A stretch of 43,569 bases of DNA from an uncultured Candidatus Saccharibacteria bacterium (GTDB lineage Bacteria > Patescibacteriota > Minisyncoccia > Phycocordibacterales > UBA9973), in NCBI GenBank assembly GCA_964500715.1, contig CAZCNC010000001.1, forward strand, positions 1-43,569, written 5' to 3'. The notes under the pieces are model-generated. The model ran no database searches, had not been told where the DNA came from, and worked only from the letters and a program-made list of their open reading frames with translations. Positions 35,400-43,550 of the stretch are shown here, piece by piece (position 1 is the stretch's first letter; the number at the start of each line of letters is the position of its first letter). The translations under genes and the position numbers were made by a program.

Positions 35400-36221
35400 A
35401 TGTTGAAATACGTATATTTTGGAACACCTAAAATTTCAAAAGATGTTTTGCAAAATTTAGTAAAAAAATATGGCAAACCAGAATTAGTCGTAACCAGTTT
35501 AGATACAAAATCTGGACGTGGATTAAATGTTACCCCACCGCCGGTCAAAGAATATGCACTGCAAAATAAAATTGAATACCTACAACCAGAAAAACTAATA
35601 GAAATTAAACCCAACTTGGAAAATTTAAAAGCTGATGTTGGTGTACTTTTTGCATATGGAAAAATAATTCCACAATGGTTATTGGAGATATTCCCTTGTG
35701 GCATAATAAATGTTCACCCATCACTTTTACCACTTTATCGCGGAGCTAGCCCACTGACAGGCCCAATACTAAATGGAGATAACGTTACAGGAGTTACAAT
35801 AATGGACATGGACAAGTATTTGGACCATGGTGACATTTATGTACAAAATAAAATTGAGCTAAAGCCAAATACTAATAGGCTAGATTTGGAGCAATTCACT
35901 ATTGAAACTGCCCCAGAATTACTTGTGGAAACTTTAAATAAAATTGAAGAAGGTAATGTTGTAAAAACAAAACAAATCCACGAATTAGCTACTTATACCA
36001 AAAAAATTAAAAAGGAAGAAGGTGAAATAAAAGAATCTGATAGTGACGAAATAAAGTATCGAAAATACAAGGCCTTTATTGGTTGGCCGGGTGTTTATTT
36101 TTTTAACAAGAATAGTGAAAGAATCAAGATAACTGACGCAGAATTTACTGCTGGTAAGTTTATAATAAAAAAAGTTATCCCCGAAGGTGGCAAAGAAATT
36201 GACTACAAGCCTGAGTCTTAA
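35400..36221 (+). CDS. fmt: Methionyl-tRNA formyltransferase (short, 273 aa)
   Basis: NVHPSLLPLYRGASP, a formyltransferase N-domain and a reduced C-domain. Its stop overlaps the convergent VIT1 stop (TTAA at 36218-36221). Confidence 0.85.
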   Translation: MLKYVYFGTPKISKDVLQNLVKKYGKPELVVTSLDTKSGRGLNVTPPPVKEYALQNKIEYLQPEKLIEIKPNLENLKADVGVLFAYGKIIPQWLLEIFPCGIINVHPSLLPLYRGASPLTGPILNGDNVTGVTIMDMDKYLDHGDIYVQNKIELKPNTNRLDLEQFTIETAPELLVETLNKIEEGNVVKTKQIHELATYTKKIKKEEGEIKESDSDEIKYRKYKAFIGWPGVYFFNKNSERIKITDAEFTAGKFIIKKVIPEGGKEIDYKPES

Positions 36222-36730
36222 TTTATTACCCTTTCCAATGCAGCGCCTACAATATAGGCAACAGATGCTGCAACGCTTCCAATAAACACTGTTTCAAAGG
36301 CCGCATTTATGCGGTTAGTTTTTGTAATTTTACCACGAACTTGGCCAACAAAAATAAATGCAAAGGTTGTAAAAATAGCCGAGATCAAAAATTCTTGACC
36401 ACGCCAAATATTAAATACTGCAGAGATTACATATGCAATTAACGGCACAGACCCAACAATAATAAAAGACATGAATGTGGCCAAAGCTGTTCTCATTGGG
36501 CTATGAGTTGGAATAATCCCGCTTTGACTTTGATGAGATTTTTCTGAAAGATAATTACTAGACGCCATTGAAAAGCCGTCTGCGAAAACATTTGAAAAGC
36601 CAAGTATCAAAACAATACTTGGGTTTAAATTTGCTCCGGCAACTCCTGCTATAATTGCAAATGTAGTAACTGTTCCATCTAGCGCTCCATATACAAATTC
36701 CGGCAAATAGTTGTGTAGAAAATTCTTCAT
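36218..36730 (-). CDS. VIT1/CCC1-family membrane protein (putative Fe/Mn transporter)
   Basis: VYGALDGTVTTFAIIAG plus several TM helices. The start is set at ATG 36730, preceded by TGTTATTAT-N6. Confidence 0.75.
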   Translation of the reverse strand: MKNFLHNYLPEFVYGALDGTVTTFAIIAGVAGANLNPSIVLILGFSNVFADGFSMASSNYLSEKSHQSQSGIIPTHSPMRTALATFMSFIIVGSVPLIAYVISAVFNIWRGQEFLISAIFTTFAFIFVGQVRGKITKTNRINAAFETVFIGSVAASVAYIVGAALERVIN

Positions 36731-36749
36731 GTTCTTATAATAACACAAT

Positions 36750-37475
36750 TTATATAAGAACTTGTAAACGTTTTATATTATAAGCGCAAACCGGCAAACC
36801 AATTAATTCTCCTAACTCTTCACCCAAGGTTCTCATATAAGTTCCAGAAGAAACATGGGCCCTGATACGCAAAATTGGAAATTGCCTACTATCATCCATT
36901 GCTTCTGCCCAAGAAGCTACTATTTCTTTTTGTCTAAATTCACCATTTACAAGATTTGTAATTTCTATTGCCCTTTCTGATATGTCACTAACTTTTAAAT
37001 TATAGACCTCTAAAACTTCCAAAGATTTAATCGTTACTTCGTGATTGGCAACAATTTCTTTGCCTTCTTTAGCGTGTAGCCACATAGGCTTGCCATCAAT
37101 AACTTTACTAGAAAACTTATGAAAATTTTGATTGCGCGTACCACTTAGTTTTATCAAGGCAATTTTTATATCGTCTAAATCAAAAGCAATTTCTGCATCT
37201 AATGACATTTGTTTAATTAAACCCAGTAGATCTCCAGTGTCTGTACTAATGCCTAAGACATAATCAACCTCGTAGATTTTGTCTTTATTTAGGTAATTTT
37301 CTTTTTCTTTTATTGTCTCACCTGATAGAAAAACCATTTCGCCTTCTGCCGCTGGGTCTAACCGGCCAGCAAAAGTTACAGACACTTCCTTTGGGATACT
37401 GTTTTCAGAAACTACTCGATTTAAAGCTTCCAGTGGCGTTTCGCCTATTTTTTTGTATGTTTTATAAACTGCCAT
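36750..37475 (-). CDS. truB: tRNA pseudouridine(55) synthase TruB-like
   Basis: Catalytic Asp motif GRLDPAAEG, KIYEVDYVLGISTDTGD, and SSGTYMRTLGEELG. Confidence 0.8.
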   Translation of the reverse strand: MAVYKTYKKIGETPLEALNRVVSENSIPKEVSVTFAGRLDPAAEGEMVFLSGETIKEKENYLNKDKIYEVDYVLGISTDTGDLLGLIKQMSLDAEIAFDLDDIKIALIKLSGTRNQNFHKFSSKVIDGKPMWLHAKEGKEIVANHEVTIKSLEVLEVYNLKVSDISERAIEITNLVNGEFRQKEIVASWAEAMDDSRQFPILRIRAHVSSGTYMRTLGEELGELIGLPVCAYNIKRLQVLI

Positions 37476-37476
37476 A

Positions 37477-37905
37477 TTAATTTTCTTTAGACAATAAAGT
37501 TGTACTATAGATATTCTTTTTAAAAGGTTCCACGGTTACTATTTCTACATTACTTAAATTTAATTTTTGTAATTCATTTTTTAATTCATTTTGATCGTGG
37601 CCCAATGCAATAATATTTGGACTGAGCTTTTTAAATATTGACCATTCTCCTGGAACATTATCACCCTTGTGAATAATTATGCTTGGGAAAGCGGATTTCA
37701 AACCTTTTTGCCTATCATAATAAGAAAAATTTGGATTTTTGTTTTTGATTTCTTTTACAAATTCGTCGGTGGCCAAACATACATGGAGCTCTTCCCCTAA
37801 TTTTAAAGCTTCCATTAAAAAATACACGTGCCCTGGGTGTAGCATATCAAAAACTCCGAAGACAAGAACTGTTTTAGCTGAATCTTGGACCATATTAGAC
37901 ATCAT
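37477..37905 (-). CDS. Cytidylyltransferase-like (HxGH) nucleotidyltransferase, 142 aa
   Basis: The VLVFGVFDMLHPGHVYFL motif of the nucleotidylyl transferase superfamily. The substrate is unknown. Confidence 0.7.
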   Translation of the reverse strand: MMSNMVQDSAKTVLVFGVFDMLHPGHVYFLMEALKLGEELHVCLATDEFVKEIKNKNPNFSYYDRQKGLKSAFPSIIIHKGDNVPGEWSIFKKLSPNIIALGHDQNELKNELQKLNLSNVEIVTVEPFKKNIYSTTLLSKEN

Positions 37906-37908
37906 AGC

Positions 37909-37939
37909 AAAACCCCCGGTTTTTATAAACCGGGGGTTT
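37909..37939 (-). terminator. Intrinsic terminator downstream of the DoxX gene
   Basis: 13-bp stem aaacccccggttt/aaaccgggggttt. Confidence 0.8.
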
Positions 37940-37950
37940 AAATATATGTT

Positions 37951-38310
37951 TTAAATAAAAAGAAAGGCTAATGCGCCACCAATTAGTGCTATGTTTTTTG
38001 TAAAAGCAATATAGTCCCCAGCTTTAGCTGATGCATCTTTTTCTGCCCAGAAATTATGCATAACAAAACTTACTGGTACCAGGAACAATACAATTAAGAG
38101 CACTGCTAAATTAACTTCGGTCCAAAAAATAATACCCAGTCCCCCAAGAAGAATAAATAACCCGGAAACCAAAACTGCAACTTTTGGATTTGGGACTTTT
38201 TTTGATGAGGCATAACCAATGAGATGCTTACCATTCATAATATGGTTATAACCATTTAGTACAAAGAAGCCGCCAAACAAAACTCGAGCAATTACAAACA
38301 AAAAGTCCAT
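37951..38310 (-). CDS. DoxX-family membrane protein
   Basis: Four TM helices with the DoxX-like N-terminus RVLFGGFFVLNGYNH. Confidence 0.7.
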   Translation of the reverse strand: MDFLFVIARVLFGGFFVLNGYNHIMNGKHLIGYASSKKVPNPKVAVLVSGLFILLGGLGIIFWTEVNLAVLLIVLFLVPVSFVMHNFWAEKDASAKAGDYIAFTKNIALIGGALAFLFI

Positions 38311-38383
38311 ATAAATTACTACTTAACTAATACTTTTTAATTATACCATACACGGCATGTAGTTAAACAAACTACGAGCAAAT

Positions 38384-38767
38384 TTAATACTTTGATGTAA
38401 AAGGGTTTCTTTTAGAAATACCTTTTAACATTTTTTTGACACTACGCGCCCCACGAGTAAACAAGGTTTGCTTACGATCCTTTAAATGGGTTATTTCTCT
38501 CATGGCTTCTTCTTTTACGGCATCAATTGCAGCGTATAAATCTGTCTTTTCTGCTCCAGCAAAAATCTTTATACTGCCTGCTCGTAAATCCATTTCAGCT
38601 ATGTAATATTCACCATTTTTGTGATGCTGAGTTGTTTTACCAACTAGAATATTTATTTGTGCATTTTTTGCATCTATAAGTTTTTCTAGAGATTCTAGTT
38701 TTTTGTTAACGTAATCTGTGATTGCACTTGTTAATTCCATATTGGTTGCTTTGATGTTTGTGTTCAT
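38384..38767 (-). CDS. hpf: Ribosome hibernation promoting factor / RaiA family
   Basis: MNTNIKATNMELTSAITDYVNKKL..L, the typical sigma-54-modulation/S30EA N-terminus. Confidence 0.85.
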   Translation of the reverse strand: MNTNIKATNMELTSAITDYVNKKLESLEKLIDAKNAQINILVGKTTQHHKNGEYYIAEMDLRAGSIKIFAGAEKTDLYAAIDAVKEEAMREITHLKDRKQTLFTRGARSVKKMLKGISKRNPFTSKY

Positions 38768-38861
38768 AGGCTTTTTATAGATTACTCTTATATGACTATA
38801 TTATATCAAAAATTATAAACTATCCCAAAGCCCCAAGCTTGGCGTTATTAAATAAAACAAA

Positions 38862-38880
38862 AAGCCGAATTATTCGGCTT
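38862..38880 (-). terminator. Hairpin overlapping the stop of ORF 38870-39112
   Basis: Stem aagccgaat/attcggctt flanked by A/T runs. Confidence 0.6.
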
Positions 38881-39112
38881 TATTTAATCTTTCACATCTA
38901 ATTTTTGATATCCTCTTGAATTTAGCTAACCTTATATGATACTGGTTAATTGCATCTCTATAGTCGGAATGCTTTGGGTGCGGTGTTAAATCCACGACAA
39001 CACGTAAATTAATTTCGGTTAACATTAGGTTCCATAGAGAATTGTAATAAACTCTTTCTATAAGACTGTCATCGTAAACAGCCTTTTGCTTGTCCTTTTT
39101 CCTCTTTCTCAT
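38870..39112 (-). CDS. Hypothetical basic protein (80 aa)
   Basis: An ORF with a TAGTATAAT promoter-like box about 19 nt upstream and a terminator at its stop. I recognised no family. Confidence 0.45.
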   Translation of the reverse strand: MRKRKKDKQKAVYDDSLIERVYYNSLWNLMLTEINLRVVVDLTPHPKHSDYRDAINQYHIRLAKFKRISKIRCERLNKAE

Positions 39113-39180
39113 AAGCTGTTTAATTTAACTAATTATACTATGGCTTAAGCTAAATAGATAAGTTATACTATACTTACATT

Positions 39181-40068
39181 ATGAAGATTTTCCGTAGAAT
39201 TGCCAAATGGCTAGTAATGATTGTTTACTTTCTATGTTTAACCATCATACTTTTAGACAATAACCACTATGCCCATTTTTGGAACATTCCAGTTTGGATA
39301 GTACCAACTGTAGCGGCTTTAAGTATTATTTGTGCTGGTTATAGCTACATTATGATGTATCTAAAAGTTAACGTTTTAGAGTTTGAATTTACATCTATTG
39401 TTAACCATACATTTCGTACACCATTAACCAAAATAATCTGGGCCTTGAAAGAACTAAAGCCAATAGAAACCGATAATCAAAAGCAGCTATACCTACAAAA
39501 TATTGAAAACTCTGCAGACCGCATATTAGACATTGTAGATATTCTTGTTGGTATACAAGACGTAAACAATAGAGCTAGCTATTTCTTTAAACCAACATCT
39601 GTTAGACAAATATTGGAAAAATCTATTACGAAGTATCGTGAGATAATAGACCAAAAAAAGTTTAACTTTAAAATCGAGCTTTTTACAGACATTCCCCCAT
39701 TAACCACAGACTTGCGGAAAATGTCTTTTGTTTTTGATGCCATAATGGAAAATGCTTTGCACTATACCCCCGAAGGTGGCAATATAACAATTGGTACAAT
39801 TCCTGGAGATAAAAAGGTTACAATTTTTGCAAAAGATGATGGTATTGGAATGAGCTTTAGAGATAGACGTAGAATATTCTCTAAATTTTACCGCAGTAGC
39901 TCGGCCCGAGTAATGAACACAGATGGCATGGGATTGTCTCTTTATTTAGCTAAAAAAATCTTAGAAAAACATGATGGTAAGATTTATGTAAAGACAAATC
40001 CTCATAAAAAAGGCGTAACATTTTTTGTAGAACTTCCGGTAGACAAATCTAACCACCAGTTAAAATAA
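39181..40068 (+). CDS. Sensor histidine kinase (two N-terminal TM helices, HisKA, HATPase_c); no response regulator nearby
   Basis: H-box VNHTFRTPLT, N-box ENALHYTP, G-boxes DDGIGM and GMGLSLYL. Confidence 0.85.
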   Translation: MKIFRRIAKWLVMIVYFLCLTIILLDNNHYAHFWNIPVWIVPTVAALSIICAGYSYIMMYLKVNVLEFEFTSIVNHTFRTPLTKIIWALKELKPIETDNQKQLYLQNIENSADRILDIVDILVGIQDVNNRASYFFKPTSVRQILEKSITKYREIIDQKKFNFKIELFTDIPPLTTDLRKMSFVFDAIMENALHYTPEGGNITIGTIPGDKKVTIFAKDDGIGMSFRDRRRIFSKFYRSSSARVMNTDGMGLSLYLAKKILEKHDGKIYVKTNPHKKGVTFFVELPVDKSNHQLK

Positions 40069-40119
40069 GCTCAAAATATGCCTTGCGAAAGGCCTAAAAT
40101 GGTGCTAATATCTCTATAT

Positions 40120-40191
40120 TCCTCTGTAGCTCAGCGGTAGAGCAGTCGCCTGTTAAGCGATTGGTCGCAGGTTCGATCCCTGCCGGAGGAG
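40120..40191 (+). tRNA. tRNA-Asn (anticodon GTT)
   Basis: Acceptor tcctctg/cggagga, loop ctGTTaa, T-arm gcagg-ttcgatc-cctgc. Discriminator G is followed by CA. Confidence 0.9.
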
Positions 40192-40197
40192 CAAAAT

Positions 40198-40225
40198 AAA
40201 AAGGTGTCAGTAATGACGCTTTTTT
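40198..40225 (+). terminator. Intrinsic terminator downstream of tRNA-Asn
   Basis: Stem gtgtca/tgacgc (one G-U pair) followed by ttttttatttt. Confidence 0.65.
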
Positions 40226-40284
40226 ATTTTACTTTATGTTAAAATTAATCCATTAATGGATTATTAATACTTTAATTAAATACT

Positions 40285-40665
40285 ATGAAAACAAATAGTA
40301 CCAAATATGTAGATGGGTTTGTCATCCCAATCAAGAAAAAAGATGTAGCTGCTTATAAAAAGATGGCAGAATGGGGAGCGAAGATGTGGAAAAAGAACGG
40401 CGCCTTGGAGTATTTTGAATGTGTAGGAGATGATATAAAAATTAAAAAAGGCATGCCACAAAAAGGCTTTACTAAACTTGCTGGGCTTAAAGCCGATGAA
40501 ACTGTTGTGTTCTCCTGGATTGTATACAAATCCCGCGCCCACAGAGACCAAGTGAATAAAAAAGTAATGAATGACCCAAGTATGAAAAACTTCGATCCTT
40601 CGACCATGCCAGTTGATATGAAGCGTTTTGCATCTGGCGGATTTAAGCCGATAGTCGAGGCTTAA
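40285..40665 (+). CDS. DUF1428-family protein
   Basis: YVDGFVIPIKKKDVAAYKKMAEWGAKMWKKNGALEYFECVGDD matches my recollection of the DUF1428 signature. Confidence 0.7.
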   Translation: MKTNSTKYVDGFVIPIKKKDVAAYKKMAEWGAKMWKKNGALEYFECVGDDIKIKKGMPQKGFTKLAGLKADETVVFSWIVYKSRAHRDQVNKKVMNDPSMKNFDPSTMPVDMKRFASGGFKPIVEA

Positions 40666-40676
40666 TTTATTGTGTT

Positions 40677-40928
40677 TTATCTATGCGGACACCCTGCCCA
40701 GCAACATGGACGGCGTTTGCCACCGGCCAGTTCAGCACAGGCGCGTTTGATATGAAGCTCGCGTGTCTCTGGCTTTTTTACAGATGTAACCCAGCAAATC
40801 CATTCATTCTTAGCTAGCGGAGTAATGTCTTCCCAAGCATCTTGTGTCTTCGGAAAAGAAAGAAGGGCTTTTTTAAAATCCGCTGGCAATTTATGAGCCA
40901 TATCGGTAACCCTTGTTTTTTTAGTCAT
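40677..40928 (-). CDS. YdeI/OmpD-associated (OmdA-like) family protein
   Basis: P.DF..AL......AWE..TP....EWI.WV...KK.ETR..+I pattern. The C-terminal CCWAGCPH is unusual. Confidence 0.6.
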   Translation of the reverse strand: MTKKTRVTDMAHKLPADFKKALLSFPKTQDAWEDITPLAKNEWICWVTSVKKPETRELHIKRACAELAGGKRRPCCWAGCPHR

Positions 40929-41034
40929 AAGATTATTTTAACAAATAGAAACACCTCTGTTAACACTTGCAAAATTATCTATATTTACTGTTTTTATGTA
41001 TAATTAGACTATTATAAACAATAAAAATAAATCT

Positions 41035-41871
41035 ATGAAGAAGAAAACTTACAAAAGTTTCATATTAGCAGGTGTGCTTATGTCATTATTAGCAATTTCA
41101 CCAGCAGCTTTAGCTGTAGAAAAAACAAGTGAAACTATTATCATTCTAGGTAACACTACGAATACAGAAAATACACCTGGTTGGATGTTTGCTCGCGATC
41201 CTGGTAATGCAACACCCTTTGAATTTAATACAAACAAGGAAAGTATTGGCTTGGGTAGCTTATATGTAAAACCAATAGACGCAACAGCTGCACACAAATT
41301 TATTGGTGAGAATTTTATAAATACACCAGTTGCTAATGTTGCAAAAATTTCATACGACTTTTTAATTGGAAATGGTGGTGATAGTTCAGACAAAAACCAA
41401 TTCTATATGAACGTTTATGCTAACTTTGGGTCATCAAACGACTTAAAATTCTATGACTGTCGCTATGATGTTGTCGCAACTAGTGGTTCAAATTCTAGTT
41501 TTACAACTGTAACTTTTGACCCAAATCAGTCTTACCCAGTAACAACTCGTGGTGGTACAGACCCTTCTCCATACACTTGTCCTTCAATTCCCGCTAATAT
41601 GGATAATCTAAGCGCTGGCTCAAATATTAGAATGTTTTCACTAAATGTTGGTGATACTTCAGCAAATGATTCAGGTCTTGATGGCTATCTAGATAATGTT
41701 ATTGTTGAAACAACTAGTAACATAACAACATACGACTTTGAGCCATTTATCACCCCTGAAGCCAAAAACGATTGTAAAGATGATGGTTGGAAGACAATGA
41801 AGGATACAAATGGTAATTCTTTCAAAAACCAAGGTCAATGTGTTAGCTGGGTAAATCACCAAAGTAACTAA
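41035..41871 (+). CDS. Secreted hypothetical protein (278 aa), likely a beta-sandwich/lectin-like fold
   Basis: Signal peptide MKKKTYKSFILAGVLMSLLAISPAALA. It is S/T/N/G-rich, contains GLDGYLDNVIVE, and ends with a Cys pair. Confidence 0.55.
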   Translation: MKKKTYKSFILAGVLMSLLAISPAALAVEKTSETIIILGNTTNTENTPGWMFARDPGNATPFEFNTNKESIGLGSLYVKPIDATAAHKFIGENFINTPVANVAKISYDFLIGNGGDSSDKNQFYMNVYANFGSSNDLKFYDCRYDVVATSGSNSSFTTVTFDPNQSYPVTTRGGTDPSPYTCPSIPANMDNLSAGSNIRMFSLNVGDTSANDSGLDGYLDNVIVETTSNITTYDFEPFITPEAKNDCKDDGWKTMKDTNGNSFKNQGQCVSWVNHQSN

Positions 41872-41880
41872 ACCCAATAA

Positions 41881-41906
41881 AAAACCACCTTTTGGTGGTT
41901 TTTTAT
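41881..41906 (+). terminator. Intrinsic terminator
   Basis: Hairpin aaaaaccacc tttt ggtggttttt. Confidence 0.8.
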
Positions 41907-41961
41907 TATAAGTAAAGGACCCCTATTTTATTTACCATTTAATTTTTGCTATAATGAAAGC

Positions 41962-42171
41962 ATGAAAAAGACATCTACACGCATTTTTATTTATGCATCA
42001 ATTGCTTTTGGGATTATAGGAATAATGCTTGTTTTAGTTGGAGGACCAGATGGAAATAACCCATCAATTTGGAACCAAAGATTACACCAACTACTATTAA
42101 TAACTGTTTGTATTATCCTACCCTCTTTTGCTCTAAGTGTTGCCAGTAAATACCTGGATGATAAATCTTAA
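41962..42171 (+). CDS. Small two-TM membrane protein (69 aa), hypothetical
   Basis: TGCTATAAT-N6-ATG promoter architecture, two hydrophobic helices, and a terminator downstream. Confidence 0.5.
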   Translation: MKKTSTRIFIYASIAFGIIGIMLVLVGGPDGNNPSIWNQRLHQLLLITVCIILPSFALSVASKYLDDKS

Positions 42172-42192
42172 TACGAGAGTTGAACAAAATAA

Positions 42193-42216
42193 AAACCTCT
42201 AATAATTTAGAGGTTT
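42193..42216. terminator. Bidirectional terminator
   Basis: Stem aaacctct/agaggttt between convergent ORFs. Confidence 0.7.
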
Positions 42217-42221
42217 GTTTG

Positions 42222-42563
42222 TTAGTTTGGGTGATATGGTTGATACGCCAAATTTGTCATCTCAGAAGGAATTGGAATCCATTCCCCATCTTCGGTTTTA
42301 AAATTTTTCAAACTCACAATATATGTTATTTCTGTTTCCCCAACATTTGATTCGAGATGCGCTTGAAACTCGATACCGTAATAGTTACCAAGACCTTTTC
42401 TTAACCACTTGGTAGTGATAAGAGCCTCGAACTCAGAATTTTTTATACTCTTTTTACTTTTCTTTTCCCAGACCATTTCCCTGGCTGTTTCAAATAAAAG
42501 TGTTCGGCCATCGTCAGTCATCGGCAAGCCATTAAACATTAGGCAAAAGATATCATTTTTCAT
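42222..42563 (-). CDS. Hypothetical protein (113 aa from ATG 42563)
   Basis: An ORF with no recognised family. The longer tracked start at 42647 would overlap the divergent promoter. Confidence 0.4.
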   Translation of the reverse strand: MKNDIFCLMFNGLPMTDDGRTLLFETAREMVWEKKSKKSIKNSEFEALITTKWLRKGLGNYYGIEFQAHLESNVGETEITYIVSLKNFKTEDGEWIPIPSEMTNLAYQPYHPN

Positions 42564-42634
42564 TTTCGGTTTATTTCGATAAACTATAGCATATATTTTA
42601 TATTTGACAATATTAATAATTGATGTAGTATTTA

Positions 42635-42889
42635 ATGAAATCAACAACCATGAAAAAATATTTTAAATTCAGCACCAGATTTCGTAATCAAACTTACGAA
42701 TTTGTAGTAGAACACGCCAGTCACTTGAAAATGACAGGCTCAGATATTCAAAAGATAGTTTCAGAGAAATTCAAAACCACAATTCCCCAGACAGAAATTA
42801 GTTACAATGAGACCGAAATTTCCAGTTTGGAATATCAAAAGTCTAAATTGGACAAACACACACCGGAATTATCGGTTTCATTAGCTTAA
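42635..42889 (+). CDS. Hypothetical protein (84 aa)
   Basis: An ORF preceded by TTGACA-N16-(TG)TAGTAT. I recognised no family. Confidence 0.4.
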   Translation: MKSTTMKKYFKFSTRFRNQTYEFVVEHASHLKMTGSDIQKIVSEKFKTTIPQTEISYNETEISSLEYQKSKLDKHTPELSVSLA

Positions 42890-42907
42890 ACTTTTAAATA
42901 CCAAAAG

Positions 42908-43372
42908 ATGGAAATTCCAAGTGTGGTTGCAATATGTATATCTCCAACCGCTGGAGGTATGATGCAGCAAGTTCAAGAAGTTGAAGCTATTGCTGGCGCA
43001 GGGCTCAAAGGTGACCGTTACTGCACGAACCAGGGCAGCTATAATAAAAATGAACCTGGCACAAGACAAATTACATTGATTAATGCAATTTTCTTTAAAG
43101 ACAGCGGTTTTGAATATATTGATAGCCGTCGCAACCTTGTTATAAATGGGGCCGAACTAATGTGGTTAATTGGACGAGAGTTCCAAGCCGGAGAAGCAAT
43201 AATTAGAGGTATAAAGTATTGTGACCCTTGCCTTCGCCCAAACAGGCTTGCAGGTAAAGAAAAAAGCTTCAAGGAGACTTTTTTCGACCGCGGAGGTCTT
43301 GTTGGTGAAATAATCAAAGGTGGAATGATTAGAGTTGGCGATACTGTTATTCCCCCGCCAAAAGGATACTAA
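42908..43372 (+). CDS. MOSC domain-containing protein
   Basis: GLKGDRY, RQITLI, RRNLVI.G and C.PC, as in the MOSC beta-barrel. Confidence 0.75.
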   Translation: MEIPSVVAICISPTAGGMMQQVQEVEAIAGAGLKGDRYCTNQGSYNKNEPGTRQITLINAIFFKDSGFEYIDSRRNLVINGAELMWLIGREFQAGEAIIRGIKYCDPCLRPNRLAGKEKSFKETFFDRGGLVGEIIKGGMIRVGDTVIPPPKGY

Positions 43373-43421
43373 AACATTAGCCTAGTAGAGAAATCGAACG
43401 GCTTTTTTTATTGTAAAAAAA

Positions 43422-43550
43422 TTATAGCAGTCTAGATATTACCAAAACTAATGCTACTACTAAAAGAATATGCACCAAGTTCCCCCCAACATGAAATTGA
43501 TAGCCAAGAAGCCAAAGAATTACAAGAATAACAATTATAAAATTTAACAT
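43422..43550 (-). CDS. lmo0937-like small membrane protein (42 aa); absent from the ORF track
   Basis: My hand translation gives MLNFIIVILVILWLLGYQFHVGGNLVHILLVVALVLVISRLL. This fits the lmo0937/DUF-type small hydrophobic protein pattern (..ILWLLG......GG.LIHILLV.A). Confidence 0.6.
   Translation of the reverse strand: MLNFIIVILVILWLLGYQFHVGGNLVHILLVVALVLVISRLL

Noticed and set aside
36218-36221. Convergent fmt/VIT1 stop-codon overlap (TTAA) as a regulatory feature.
   Set aside because: It reflects simple genome compaction. There is no hairpin or other signal at the junction, and nothing further to test from sequence.
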